A stretch of 64,000 bases of DNA from Candidatus Nomurabacteria bacterium (GTDB taxonomy: Bacteria > Patescibacteriota > Saccharimonadia > Saccharimonadales > CAIOMD01): positions 243,538 to 307,537 of the forward strand of contig JACKGO010000001.1 in NCBI GenBank assembly GCA_020631975.1, written 5' to 3'. Shown one piece after another: positions 28,592 to 38,966 of the stretch (position 1 is the stretch's first letter; each line of letters opens with the position of its first letter). The notes beneath the pieces are model-generated. The model had not been told where the DNA came from. It saw nothing but the letters and a program-made list of their open reading frames with translations, and did no database searches. Made by a program: the position numbers and the translations under genes.

Positions 28592-28728
28592 GCATAAAGA
28601 GTATGTAGCTTGAGGTCAAGTACTACATACTCCAATTGTATTGTTAAAACACTTCCCTGACTACCCTCACGGCAAGTCAAAGGGTTTAGGCGCTCTCGCA
28701 CTGCGCCCAAGAATAACCAATGTTATTC

Positions 28729-28804
28729 TGGAGCCGACAGAGGGATTCGAACCCACGACCCGCTGTTTACAAAACAGCCGCTCTGGCCACTGAGCTATGT
28801 CGGC
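28729..28804 (-). tRNA. tRNA-Thr (TGT)
   Basis: Anticodon loop TTTGTAA; T-loop TTCGAAT; CCA encoded. Confidence 0.85.
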
Positions 28805-28863
28805 ACTAATAGATACAATTAGCCAATGAGTATCGTATCAAACATAGGCGCTATCTGCAACTG

Positions 28864-29520
28864 TTAAACGACAACTCTCTTGGGTCGGTTGATTGCACGC
28901 GGGCGACCGGCTTTTTTTGTTTCTTTACGTTTAAGTTTTTTCTTTAATGCTGCAAGCTTTTCATCCTCACCGTGGATTTCGTAGGCTTTAGCTAACAACA
29001 CATAGGTTTCTCTGGCTGGCTCTAGTTCTACTGCACGCTCTAGCTCTTGTAGCATTTTTTTATCATTACCCAACTTTTCTTGGACTTTAGCATACGCAAT
29101 ATGACGCGCTGCGAGCTCTTCTTCCATGTCGAGTGCTTCTTCAAAAGCAATAGACGCCTTGGTATAATTACCGGTTTCGTAATAAATAAGCCCCAAATTA
29201 TGCAAACTAGAAGCACTTTTTTCTATAGACGAGGCGATTTCAAAACAATCTATAGCGTCGTCGTACTCTTTTTGTTTTGCATACAAAATTCCTAGGCGAT
29301 TATACGCTGCAGCGTTTTTTTCATCTATCTTTAGTATTGTAAGTAAGGCTTTTTCTGCTCGCAATAATTTATTTTCGCGCATACCCTGATGAGCGATTTC
29401 CCAAAGCTTGCCTAACTTTGCACCTACTTTTTCTGGTATATCTTCAATTTCGTCAGTACGAACATACGCAGTCCGTATAAGCAACGCAGCAATAACCACC
29501 AAAACTAATATAGATGTCAT
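28864..29520 (-). CDS. membrane-anchored TPR-repeat protein
   Basis: N-terminal TM helix, then repeated TPR-like A/Y/G patterns (AYNRLGILYAKQKEYDDAI). Confidence 0.6.
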   Translation of the reverse strand: MTSILVLVVIAALLIRTAYVRTDEIEDIPEKVGAKLGKLWEIAHQGMRENKLLRAEKALLTILKIDEKNAAAYNRLGILYAKQKEYDDAIDCFEIASSIEKSASSLHNLGLIYYETGNYTKASIAFEEALDMEEELAARHIAYAKVQEKLGNDKKMLQELERAVELEPARETYVLLAKAYEIHGEDEKLAALKKKLKRKETKKAGRPRAINRPKRVVV

Positions 29521-29529
29521 TGCATTCTA

Positions 29530-30366
29530 TTATAACACTAAAAATAGCCGATCAAGCACAAGCTTTGCCGAAATATTACGTTGTATCTGTGTATTAGCTG
29601 ATTCTATAGCGTCTAACCTATTGAGCCACTGGGTATATGAGCGTCCTGCTGTCACTGCGTGGGTTAATGCAGCATTGCAGGTTAAAAACAAAGCATCTAG
29701 CAGCGTAGCTAGGCTCGTAGCATCTTTGCTGAGTGTATCTACTTTCGCCAATCTATCAATGAACGGTTCACTGAGAATTTCTTTGGCTTGTTCAATATTT
29801 TGTAATATATCACTCGATTGGTCATTATTACGTAGTGCATATAGAAGCCCAATCCTGCCATCTGCGATTGCTATATACTTATTTGCGTCTGCGCTAGTCA
29901 TGTTTGATACAAATGCTTGCTCTTGTGCATGTGTCGGTGGTACATAACGAATTTTTAATAAACGTGAGCGAACTGTCACAAGTAAACCATGCAGCCTACT
30001 AGATGTAAGTATAAAAAGAACGTTTTCTGGTGGTTCTTCAAGGAGTTTTAAAAAATTGTTTTGGGCTTCTATGGTTAATATGTCTGCGTCTGGAATAATA
30101 ATGATTCTATACGCAGCACTTTTCGTTCTTAAAAGTACTTTTAGCTGCTTGATTTGGTCTATACCAATTGTTTTTTTATCTTCTAAGGGGTGTATGTACA
30201 TGATGGTTGAGTGTGTGCGTGAATTTTTTATACCCAAAGCTAAATACGCTGCGAGGGTTTTTTTACCAGAAGATTGTTTGCCATATATTAATACAGCATG
30301 CGGCGGATGGGCAATATACGCATCTATATGCCGTTTCACTATTGGGTTTATAACAAGATCACTCAT
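29530..30366 (-). CDS. holB: DNA polymerase III delta-prime subunit
   Basis: IYGKQSSGKKTLA P-loop-like motif and SRLHGLLVTVRSR sensor motif. Confidence 0.75.
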   Translation of the reverse strand: MSDLVINPIVKRHIDAYIAHPPHAVLIYGKQSSGKKTLAAYLALGIKNSRTHSTIMYIHPLEDKKTIGIDQIKQLKVLLRTKSAAYRIIIIPDADILTIEAQNNFLKLLEEPPENVLFILTSSRLHGLLVTVRSRLLKIRYVPPTHAQEQAFVSNMTSADANKYIAIADGRIGLLYALRNNDQSSDILQNIEQAKEILSEPFIDRLAKVDTLSKDATSLATLLDALFLTCNAALTHAVTAGRSYTQWLNRLDAIESANTQIQRNISAKLVLDRLFLVL

Positions 30367-31217
30367 AGTTTAGTACTAAATACTGGTGGAACTGGTGCAG
30401 TAAAAACTGTACGTTCACCACCAGGTAATGTTATTTCTAAGCTTGCTGCGTGCAAATACAGCCTGTCTGCAGGTTCGCCGCCGTACAATCCATCACCTAC
30501 TATGGGGTGTTTTATGTATTGTAAGTGCACTCGTAGCTGATGGGTGCGCCCCGTTAATGGGTGCAATTGTAAGGTGCTATACGTTTCGCCACTCTTCACT
30601 ACTTTGTATTCTGTTTTTGCTTCTTTTCCTGATGGGTCAGGCCGAAACGTTTTAGGGTTTTTGGGGTTTCGCGCTAATGGTACATCTATAATACCAGCTT
30701 CTGGTTCTACATCTTTTTGTACAATCGCTATGTACGTTTTATAGACATTACGCGATGAAAACTGTTTTTGCATAAAGGCGACGGTTTCTGAATTTTTGGC
30801 ACACACCATGACACCACTCGTTGCTCTATCTAACCGATGCACAATGCCAGCGCGTTCACCATATAGGCCCGATACCCTGTCACGTACAAAACTTGCCACC
30901 GATGCTTCATCCCAGTAACGGCCCCGTGCATGACTTATTATGCCTGCTGGCTTATTAATAACAATAACGTTAGCATCTTCATACACTATAGGAAGTTCAA
31001 TGACATCGGCTTTTTTGAGAATTTCCGATACATCTGCATCAATTGCAACGCCAGGTTGAATCCTGTCACCTGCCTTTATAGTAACGTCTGACTTTGTAAT
31101 TTGTTCCATATCAAATAATTTAGCCAATGCTGCTCTTGAGTATTCAGGATAAGCACTCGCCAATAAGACATCAGCTCTTTGAGCGGTATTTAGATCGTTT
31201 ATAATGGTTTTCTTCAT
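30363..31217 (-). CDS. RluA-family pseudouridine synthase
   Basis: S4-like N-terminus and catalytic HRLDRATSGVMVCAKN. Confidence 0.85.
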   Translation of the reverse strand: MKKTIINDLNTAQRADVLLASAYPEYSRAALAKLFDMEQITKSDVTIKAGDRIQPGVAIDADVSEILKKADVIELPIVYEDANVIVINKPAGIISHARGRYWDEASVASFVRDRVSGLYGERAGIVHRLDRATSGVMVCAKNSETVAFMQKQFSSRNVYKTYIAIVQKDVEPEAGIIDVPLARNPKNPKTFRPDPSGKEAKTEYKVVKSGETYSTLQLHPLTGRTHQLRVHLQYIKHPIVGDGLYGGEPADRLYLHAASLEITLPGGERTVFTAPVPPVFSTKL

Positions 31218-31224
31218 ACAATCG

Positions 31225-32259
31225 TTAACGCGGTCTTAAGCCAACAGCCTGCTGTACTTTTAGCAAAGTTTGGTCAGCGATCTGCCTGGCAATTGCTTCG
31301 CTAGTGGTTAGCTTTTCTTGTAATTGACTATCGTTGGTAGCTTCGTATTCAGATTGTAAATTAGCCAGAGTATTTTTAGTAGATTCTGCTACGGCAGCCT
31401 TTAAATCGCCGTATCTTTCTATACCAACCCACTTTGCGTTTATACTTTCTTGTGGTTCACCAGATAGTAATGCCAACATTTGCAGCAAATTAGTAACACC
31501 AGGCTGGTTTTGCCAATCAAAATTTACCTTCCCAACACTATCGGTTGTGGCGCCCATAACCTTTTTGGCAGCTTCGTCTGGGTTATCGCTTAACAAAATT
31601 GTACCAGCTGGGTCATCAATGCTTTTACTCATTTTGGCTTCTGGATTACGTAGACTACGCACTCGTGGTGCGGCATCACGGTCAATAAATTGCGATTGAG
31701 CTTTCACGTCTGCAGGAACAATAAATATATCACCAAATTTGTTATTAAATCTTTGGGCAATATCACGGGCCAATTCTAGATGTTGCCTTTGATCTTCGCC
31801 GACTGGTACCCACTTCGCTCTGTACAATAAAATATCGGCGGCCATTAATATTGGGTAATTAAACAAACCAACGCTTACCCTATCGGCGCCTATTTTTTGT
31901 GACTTATCTTTGAATTCCACCATTCTGCTAGCCTCACCAAAGCCGGTAAAACAACTTAATATCCAGGCAAGCTCGCTGTGGGCCGCTATATAGCTTTGGC
32001 GGTAAATAATTACATCTTGGTGATCTATTGGTAAACCGGCGGCAACAAACAGCCTTAGGTTGCGCATTGTCTGGGCGTATAGTTTACTGTGGTCAATTGG
32101 GGTGGTAAACGAATGTAAGTCAGGTACGAACATATTTACCTGGTATTCATCAGCATGTTGCTTTGCCATATCAACTATTGGCAAAAATGCACCAAGATAG
32201 TTACCCAGTGTTACTTCATCATTACTTCTAATGCCTGTTAAAATAGTCTCTTTTGCCAT
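31225..32259 (-). CDS. trpS: tryptophanyl-tRNA synthetase
   Basis: Class I motifs: TLGNYLGA (HIGH region) and KMSKS. Confidence 0.9.
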   Translation of the reverse strand: MAKETILTGIRSNDEVTLGNYLGAFLPIVDMAKQHADEYQVNMFVPDLHSFTTPIDHSKLYAQTMRNLRLFVAAGLPIDHQDVIIYRQSYIAAHSELAWILSCFTGFGEASRMVEFKDKSQKIGADRVSVGLFNYPILMAADILLYRAKWVPVGEDQRQHLELARDIAQRFNNKFGDIFIVPADVKAQSQFIDRDAAPRVRSLRNPEAKMSKSIDDPAGTILLSDNPDEAAKKVMGATTDSVGKVNFDWQNQPGVTNLLQMLALLSGEPQESINAKWVGIERYGDLKAAVAESTKNTLANLQSEYEATNDSQLQEKLTTSEAIARQIADQTLLKVQQAVGLRPR

Positions 32260-32291
32260 TATCTTTTAAGTATACCTTATATCTGTCGTAT

Positions 32292-32378
32292 TGGTGCGGA
32301 TGAGAGGACTTGAACCTCCACGATATTGCTACCACTAGTCTCTGAAACTAGCGCGTCTACCAGTTCCGCCACATCCGC
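32292..32378 (-). tRNA. tRNA-Leu (CAG)
   Basis: Anticodon loop TTCAGAG; long variable arm; T-loop TTCAAGT; CCA encoded. Confidence 0.85.
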
Positions 32379-32502
32379 CTATGTTTGGTTATAATACTAA
32401 TTATAGATTACTTGCTGGTGATACGCGATAGTATTATGCCTCATACTAGCTACGTACAAATGTTTTTATGTGTAAACTATGGTTACTAGTATATTAGTCG
32501 CT

Positions 32503-32541
32503 TTAAAAAGAGGCCCGACTCTACGCGTGGAGTGTCGGGCC
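32503..32541 (-). terminator. intrinsic terminator closing the ORF-free region downstream of rpsI
   Basis: Minus-strand GGCCCGAC-14-nt loop-GTCGGGCC followed by TCTTTTTAAA. Confidence 0.5.
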
Positions 32542-33017
32542 GGTTCTGTTCATTGCTTGGCGTCTTCGCGCGCGATGATGACCCCCAAGGCTTGTTATTG
32601 CCCCTGGTAGCATCTCTAGGCCTCGCGCGGGCCGGCATGTTTACTTTGTATGCTTGTCCGGGTTTACTGCCCGTTCAGTGCTTTACTACATAGCAGCCTA
32701 GTTTAGCTTTCCGACTAAGAAACCAAGTATAAAAGTTAGGAAAACCAGTCCTATTATGAGAGCATAAGGGCTTCCCATTTTACTACCTTTCTACTCTAGA
32801 GTACTTGTGCGATTGATTGGCTACAACGTACCCAACCTATCGCACAAGTACTATCATAAAAGATAGCCATTGCAATAAATTTTTACTACCAAAGAACAGA
32901 CCTGGCAATGCCAGTAACGTTATTATACCAATTATTTAGTATTTCGTCAATTTTTATACTACTAATAATTGTCTTTGGTTAGACATTGAAGTTGTTTACA
33001 GTGTAGAGATATTCGTT

Positions 33018-33416
33018 TTACCGTTTGGTAAATTGACGCTGTTTACGTGCACCTTTAAGACCGAACTTCTTGCGCTCTTTTTCACGCGAATCGCGTGATA
33101 GTTGATCGGCTCGCTTGAGGGTACTCTTAAAATCTTCATTTACAAGGACTAAGCTTTTTGCAATACCAAGGCGGATTGCATCTGCTTGGCCAGCTAAACC
33201 ACCACCTGCTACCACAACACTTACGTCGAATTGCTTTTCTTTATCTAATAAAGAAAATGGTTGGTTTAGTTCGTCTAATAAATATTCACTTCCATCAAAA
33301 TACTCTGCAGCTGGTTTGCTATTAATAGTTATGTGTCCACTGCCACCACTTAAGCGAACACGTGCCGTAGCACTTTTCCGTCTGCCAAGAGCATAAAAGT
33401 AATCTTGTCTTGCCAT
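33018..33416 (-). CDS. rpsI: 30S ribosomal protein S9
   Basis: GRRKSATARVRL...KKFGLKGARKQRQFTKR. Confidence 0.95.
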   Translation of the reverse strand: MARQDYFYALGRRKSATARVRLSGGSGHITINSKPAAEYFDGSEYLLDELNQPFSLLDKEKQFDVSVVVAGGGLAGQADAIRLGIAKSLVLVNEDFKSTLKRADQLSRDSREKERKKFGLKGARKQRQFTKR

Positions 33417-33847
33417 TACAATACACTCACTTTCTTTGGTTGCTGGGCGGCATGATTGTGCTCATTACCAGCATATACTTTAAGCCGTTTAAGACGCTCT
33501 GTGATGAGCTTATTTTTCGGTAACATACCACGTACTGCAGCGACAATAACTGCCGTAGAATCTTTATCGATTTGCTCTTGTAAGGTAGTTGTCTTTAAGC
33601 TACCTGGGTATTGACTATGCCTGTAGTATTTTTTATCTTGCAATTTATTGCCTGTTACGACGAGTTTATCTGCATTAATGACGATAACGTGGTCGCCACA
33701 ATCGATGTGTTGGGTAAACATTGGTTTCTTTTTACCAATTAGGTGTTGAGCTATTTCTGTCGCTACCCGCCCCAATGGAGCTTCTGATGCATCAACCAAG
33801 AACCATGTTCGTGTCACTTCTGATGGCTTAGCGCTATAGGTTTTCAT
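33416..33847 (-). CDS. rplM: 50S ribosomal protein L13
   Basis: TRTWFLVDASEAPLGRVATEIA. Confidence 0.95.
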   Translation of the reverse strand: MKTYSAKPSEVTRTWFLVDASEAPLGRVATEIAQHLIGKKKPMFTQHIDCGDHVIVINADKLVVTGNKLQDKKYYRHSQYPGSLKTTTLQEQIDKDSTAVIVAAVRGMLPKNKLITERLKRLKVYAGNEHNHAAQQPKKVSVL

Positions 33848-34383
33848 TATCTGTCCCCCTTAGTAACACCTTTAGCCCGCGTTGCGGTTTTGTTCGTGTG
33901 GGTTGCTACGCGTTTTTTAGGTGCTGATGGTACAACAGTAGACGCTTTCTTTGGTGCTACACTGGCTTTGGTTAGGCTGGTTGCTTTCTTGGTTGTGGGT
34001 TTAGCATCATCCTTGGCTGTAGAAATATCATCTACAAATGATACTGTTGCCATTTGTGCATTATCGCCACGACGATTATCTTTCTTGTTGATCCGCAAAT
34101 GTCCAGAGCTGCGTGCAGTAAGTTTGGGTGCAATTTCATCTACCAGTTTATGGGCACTTTCTATGGTTGCTACTTTTGAAATCACTTGGCGGCGATTGTG
34201 TAAATCGCCCTTTTTCGCCTTTGTGATGAGTTTTTCAAAGTATGGTACCAGTTCTTTTGCTTTTGGCGTGGTAGTTGTAATGGCACCGTGATCTATCAAA
34301 TTAGAAGCTAAGCCCTTAATGAGCGCTCGCCTTTGATCGCGTTCGCGGCTAAATTTACGACCTTTGTATCCGTGTCTGTGCAT
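33847..34383 (-). CDS. rplQ: 50S ribosomal protein L17 with a Lys/Thr/Ala-rich C-terminal extension
   Basis: MHRHGYKGRKFSRERDQRRALIKGLASNLI. Confidence 0.9.
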   Translation of the reverse strand: MHRHGYKGRKFSRERDQRRALIKGLASNLIDHGAITTTTPKAKELVPYFEKLITKAKKGDLHNRRQVISKVATIESAHKLVDEIAPKLTARSSGHLRINKKDNRRGDNAQMATVSFVDDISTAKDDAKPTTKKATSLTKASVAPKKASTVVPSAPKKRVATHTNKTATRAKGVTKGDR

Positions 34384-34386
34384 TGC

Positions 34387-35328
34387 CTATAACTCCAGTT
34401 CTGCCAACTTGTCCTTGACTTCATCAAGTGCTTTTTGCCCAAAGCCCTTTAGGTCACGAAGTTCTGCGTCGCTTAAAGAAAATAAATCTTTAAGTGTATG
34501 AATGTCGTTATTGATGAGTGCATTTGTGGTGCGGGCAGTTAGATTTAAATCTTCTATAGACACTAGTAGTTCTGATGGTTCATCTTCGATGTCTGCATTA
34601 AAGCTTGGTGCAACCGTCTTACTGGCTGGCACAGCTTCTACTCGTGTAGAACCAGCGAGCGCAGTATATTGATTAACAAGAATTGCAGCTGCTTCTTCAA
34701 AGGCATCTTTAGGAGTAATGGTGCCGTCAGTGTCTATGGTTATGATGAGTTTATCAAGATCGGTTATTTGGCCAACACGCGTGTCCTCTACTTTGTATCG
34801 TACACGAAGTACTGGGCTAAAAATTGCGTCTATAGCAATCATATCGCTTGGTTTACGGCTAGCACCTTCTTCAACCGTGCGGTAACCACGACCTGTCTCT
34901 ACAATAACGTCTAGTATAAATGGTGCTTTATCTGTATCTACCGTTGCGATTACATGCTGTGCATTAACAACTTCTACATCTGCGTTTGCTTGTAATTCTC
35001 CGGCAGTAATAACGCCTTTGCCTTTATGTTCAAGGCGTAGCATCTGTGGTTCGTCTGAGAATACACGGAATCGTATTCCCTTGAGGTTGAGCATAATCGC
35101 TACAACGTCTTCTTTTACGCCTTCTACGGTCGTAAATTCGTGTGTAACACCTTCAATTTTAAAGGCAGTGATAGCTGCCCCTGAAACGCTCGAGAGCAGC
35201 ACGCGGCGCATACTGTTGCCGAGTGTCATGCCATAACCAGTGTGCAAAGGTTCTATAACGAACGTTGCACTAGTTGGGCTGTGCTCATCGATGTTAGCCA
35301 ATGATGGTGTGTGAATAACTTTAGACAT
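34387..35328 (-). CDS. rpoA: DNA-directed RNA polymerase alpha subunit
   Basis: Canonical N-terminal and C-terminal domains; sits in the rpsD-rpoA-rplQ position. Confidence 0.9.
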   Translation of the reverse strand: MSKVIHTPSLANIDEHSPTSATFVIEPLHTGYGMTLGNSMRRVLLSSVSGAAITAFKIEGVTHEFTTVEGVKEDVVAIMLNLKGIRFRVFSDEPQMLRLEHKGKGVITAGELQANADVEVVNAQHVIATVDTDKAPFILDVIVETGRGYRTVEEGASRKPSDMIAIDAIFSPVLRVRYKVEDTRVGQITDLDKLIITIDTDGTITPKDAFEEAAAILVNQYTALAGSTRVEAVPASKTVAPSFNADIEDEPSELLVSIEDLNLTARTTNALINNDIHTLKDLFSLSDAELRDLKGFGQKALDEVKDKLAELEL

Positions 35329-35345
35329 ACCTTGTTGTCCTCTCC

Positions 35346-35963
35346 TTATCGTGAGTAATACTCAACTATTAATTGCTCATTAATTTCTGGCTCAGCTTCT
35401 TCGCGGGGAGGAAGACCAGTTACGGTTACAGTAAGTTTCTTGCGATCAACTTTGATCCAACTCACCACGACGTCATTTTGACTTGTAATGTCATCCAGGT
35501 GCTTGAAATATTCAGTTGACGTACTTTTGGGACGCACGGTGAGTACGTCACCGCTTTTAAGACGAATAGATGGAATGTCTACCCTGCGGCCATTTAGCAT
35601 AAAGTGCCCGTGGCTCACAAGTTGTCTGGCAGCTCTACGGCTATTTGCAAAGCCTGCCCGATAGACAACGTTATCTGCACGCTGTTCTAAAAATTGTAGT
35701 AACACTGTACCACTCTGGCCGGTTTTACGGCTAGCTTCGCGCATTAGATTTGAAAATTGTCGTTCCAATAACCCGTAGAGACGCTTTACTTTTTGCTTTT
35801 CGCGCAGTTGTAGTGCGTATTGACTTGGGTTAGAACGCCGGTTAGTGCGACCGTGTTGACCAGGAATCGTACTTCGCTTGACCATGTGCTTTACCGCTTT
35901 TGGGTGGAGTGCGTAGCCTTCACGACGACTCATTTTTGTGATTGATTGAGTATCTCTTGCCAT
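35346..35963 (-). CDS. rpsD: 30S ribosomal protein S4
   Basis: S4 domain [27 protein letters not shown]. Confidence 0.95.
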   Translation of the reverse strand: [205 protein letters not shown]

Positions 35964-35971
35964 AATTACAC

Positions 35972-36367
35972 CTATACTCTCCTGGCCTTACGTGGACGAC
36001 AACCGCCATGTGGAACACCTGTTACATCTACGATGGTTTCTACTGCAACATCATTTGCAGATAAAGCACGCACCGCGGCATCACGTCCTTGTCCTATGCC
36101 TTTTACATATACATCAGCTTTGCCTAAACCATGAAGCTGCTTTGCAGCGACAATCGCTTTTTCTGCTGCTACTTGTGCAGCATAGGCAGTGCCTTTTTTA
36201 CTTCCTCTAAAACCACAAGCTCCTGCGCTTGCAGCCGTTAACAAACCGCCCTTAGAATCTGTGACAGATACAATAGTATTATTAAACGTCGCACTGATAT
36301 GCACTTGACCGTGCGGGATGCTTCGTTTGCCCTTCTTCTTCTTGGCAGCAGTCGATAATTCAGCCAT
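35972..36367 (-). CDS. rpsK: 30S ribosomal protein S11
   Basis: GQVHISATFNNTIVSVTD. Confidence 0.95.
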   Translation of the reverse strand: MAELSTAAKKKKGKRSIPHGQVHISATFNNTIVSVTDSKGGLLTAASAGACGFRGSKKGTAYAAQVAAEKAIVAAKQLHGLGKADVYVKGIGQGRDAAVRALSANDVAVETIVDVTGVPHGGCRPRKARRV

Positions 36368-36388
36368 ATATATTAACTCCTACGTATA

Positions 36389-36775
36389 TTACGTTTTAGA
36401 TGCTACCTTTTTTGCAGTACCACCGACAGTAGTCTTTTTACCACGACGAGTACGTGCATTTGTTTTAGTGCGTTGCCCACGACTAGGGAGATTAGCACTA
36501 TGGCGTAAGCCACGGTATGATTTAATCTCTTTTAATCGTTTGATATTAGAAACAACTGTACGTTGCAACTCACCTTCAACAAGGTAGCTTTCGTTAATAA
36601 CATCTTGAATTCGTGTCGTCTCAGCGTCTGTTAAATTTTTGACGCGAGTCGTTGTATCGACCTTGGCTTTTGCAAGGATATCTTGCGCTGACTTAGGTCC
36701 AATTCCGTGGACATACGTCAATGCAACTCCTATTTGCTTTTCAGTTGGAATAGTTACACCACTTAATCGTGCCAT
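36389..36775 (-). CDS. rpsM: 30S ribosomal protein S13
   Basis: MARLSGVTIPTEKQIGVALTYVHGIG. Confidence 0.95.
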   Translation of the reverse strand: MARLSGVTIPTEKQIGVALTYVHGIGPKSAQDILAKAKVDTTTRVKNLTDAETTRIQDVINESYLVEGELQRTVVSNIKRLKEIKSYRGLRHSANLPSRGQRTKTNARTRRGKKTTVGGTAKKVASKT

Positions 36776-36778
36776 AGA

Positions 36779-36895
36779 CTACCCTTGCCTCTGCTTGTGC
36801 TTTGGCTTGTTTTTATTGATAACATACAGGCGGCCTTTACGACGTACCAAAATGTCATCGGGACTGATTTTCTTTACACTTGCACGCACTTTCAT
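36779..36895 (-). CDS. rpmJ: 50S ribosomal protein L36
   Basis: 38-aa [41 protein letters not shown] with an AAGGAG RBS. Not in the ORF track because it is shorter than 60 aa. Confidence 0.85.
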   Translation of the reverse strand: MKVRASVKKISPDDILVRRKGRLYVINKNKPKHKQRQG

Positions 36896-36944
36896 GCGGA
36901 TCATCACTCCTTAATGCTGTGGTGACACACTGCTTAGTTTAATA

Positions 36945-37166
36945 TTACGATAAGCGATAGGTTATCCGACCCTTAGAGAGATCGTAAGGAGTCAATTCTA
37001 CCTTAACGCTGTCACCGGGTACAAGGCGAATATAATTCTTCCTCATTTTCCCGGCCAAATTAGCTATAATCTGATGGCCGTTTTCGAGCTCTACTCTAAA
37101 TTGAGTGCCTGGGAGGGCCTCAATTATTTTGCCTGTGAGTTCGATTACTTCTTTTGTGCTTGCCAT
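36945..37166 (-). CDS. infA: translation initiation factor IF-1
   Basis: S1-like [41 protein letters not shown]. Confidence 0.95.
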   Translation of the reverse strand: MASTKEVIELTGKIIEALPGTQFRVELENGHQIIANLAGKMRKNYIRLVPGDSVKVELTPYDLSKGRITYRLS

Positions 37167-37221
37167 AAGTTACAACAGTAGTCTAGTTTACTACACTTAT
37201 CCACTGTTTGTAAAGAGAAAA

Positions 37222-38700
37222 TTACAACTTCTTTTTACGTTTAAGCGAAAATCGTTTTTTACCACCAGTTTTTTGGCCATCTTGGCTAATATCTATCGTG
37301 TAATCGTCGTAGGTTACCATCAGGGCGCGTGATTCTATTTGGCGGAGCGTTTCTAGTGCAACTGATACCAAGATGAGGATACTCGTACCACCAATTGCAA
37401 TTTGATCTGTACCTAGTATAGCTTGTCCAAAAATTGGCATAATTGCTAAGAACCCAAGTGCTAATGCTCCATACAGGGTAAGCTTGTTAACGGTACCCAT
37501 AAGATATTTTTCTGTTTGCGCCCCTGGGCGTACACCATCAATAAAGCCACCTTGTTTTTGGAGATTTTCTGATATTTCTTTGGCGTTAAACACGACAGAT
37601 GTATAAAAGAATGTAAACATAAACACCAGCAAGAAATAAGCTATTGGGTATAGCCACGCTATCCAGCCTCCGCTAGACAAACTCGCTGCAGTAGGCACCT
37701 GGAACCAGGTAACAAGATTCTCGCCTAATTGCTGCATGGCGCCAGTAGCGTTTTGGCTTAGCAGTCTACCGACGAATTCTGGTAGAGCCAAAAATGCGAG
37801 AGCAAAGATTATAGGGATAACACCTGCAGTAATAAGGCGTAGTGGTAACGTCGTTGTTACACCGCCGTACACACGGTTGCCTTGTAAGCGTTTCGCGTAA
37901 TTTACGGTAATGCGCCGTTGAGCTTCGTTTAGATAGACAACAAATACAGTCACGAGAACGGTAACCACTACAATTCCCAGCGTCACCCACAGTGCGGCAC
38001 TATTTATTGGAAAATCAAATTTACCAAATATCGCAAAACTAGCGCCATCTTGTATGACGGAACCCAGCAAGTTACCAATAATACCAGGTAAGGATGCAAG
38101 AATACCCACGGTAATTACTAGTGAAATACCGTTACCTATACCTTGTTCAGTAATTTGTTCACCAAGGAACATAAGGAGCATTGCCGAAGCTGTTAGTACT
38201 GTTACCATAAGTACCCACTGGCTAAGGCTGGCTTGTGAAACAAGATCGCCCAAACCACCAAAGCTGGCTGCTGTTTGTCGTACCAAAAATATTGTTCCTA
38301 TAGATTGTACAATCGCCAGTGGTAATGTAAGTAAGCGTGTCCATTGCTGTATTTTCTTTCGGCCGTATTCTCCTTCTTTATTGAGCGCTTCCATTTTTGG
38401 AATCGCCTTAGTAAGAAGTTGCGTAATAATACTCGCGTTAATGTATGGGCCCAGCCCAACGAGCATGATAGAAAAGTTAGCCAGTGCGCCACCGCTAAGA
38501 ATATTTAAAAAGCCAAGCAGTTGCGAACCTGACGTTTGGCTGAAAGCACTTTCTAATACTTGTTTTAATGTAGCGGGCTCTGCAAGTGGTATAGGAATTT
38601 GTGCCAAAAACCTAAATATAATAAGAACACCAAGCACTGCAAGAATACGCTTGCGCATATCTGGACTACCAAATGATTTGAAAATTATTCGCCAATTCAT
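37222..38700 (-). CDS. secY: preprotein translocase SecY
   Basis: 10-TM SecY architecture; position after rplO in the spc operon. Confidence 0.95.
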   Translation of the reverse strand: MNWRIIFKSFGSPDMRKRILAVLGVLIIFRFLAQIPIPLAEPATLKQVLESAFSQTSGSQLLGFLNILSGGALANFSIMLVGLGPYINASIITQLLTKAIPKMEALNKEGEYGRKKIQQWTRLLTLPLAIVQSIGTIFLVRQTAASFGGLGDLVSQASLSQWVLMVTVLTASAMLLMFLGEQITEQGIGNGISLVITVGILASLPGIIGNLLGSVIQDGASFAIFGKFDFPINSAALWVTLGIVVVTVLVTVFVVYLNEAQRRITVNYAKRLQGNRVYGGVTTTLPLRLITAGVIPIIFALAFLALPEFVGRLLSQNATGAMQQLGENLVTWFQVPTAASLSSGGWIAWLYPIAYFLLVFMFTFFYTSVVFNAKEISENLQKQGGFIDGVRPGAQTEKYLMGTVNKLTLYGALALGFLAIMPIFGQAILGTDQIAIGGTSILILVSVALETLRQIESRALMVTYDDYTIDISQDGQKTGGKKRFSLKRKKKL

Positions 38701-38789
38701 CAGAAAATACTTTTTAAGACACCTCTCTATATTTGGTTTTCATTATCACGTAGTATTGTAACATAATAATTTAACGTATACTTAAAAAT

Positions 38790-38966
38790 ATGACCAAGCT
38801 ATATATTTACGGCGGTATCACCATTGGCAGTATATTAGGGGCATACCTTCCGGTAGTGTTGTTTGGGAGTGATCCACTTGGGTTTATTAGCATTATGGGT
38901 GGGTTTGTGGGGTCTTTATTAGGGCTATGGGCAGGCTATACATTTATGAAAGCTTTAGATGAATGA
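38790..38966 (+). CDS. hypothetical 58-aa two-TM membrane protein
   Basis: MTKLYIYGGITIGSILGAYLPVVLF...; stop overlaps the start of the TrmH-like gene. Below the ORF-track size cut-off. Confidence 0.3.
   Translation: MTKLYIYGGITIGSILGAYLPVVLFGSDPLGFISIMGGFVGSLLGLWAGYTFMKALDE

Noticed and set aside
32260-32291. T-box leader upstream of trpS
   Set aside because: Only about 30 nt separate trpS from tRNA-Leu. There is no room for a T-box and no AGGGTGGNACCGCG motif.
38054-38761. 235-aa plus-strand ORF
   Set aside because: It is entirely antisense to secY. Long antisense ORFs are common opposite TM-rich, GC-skewed genes.
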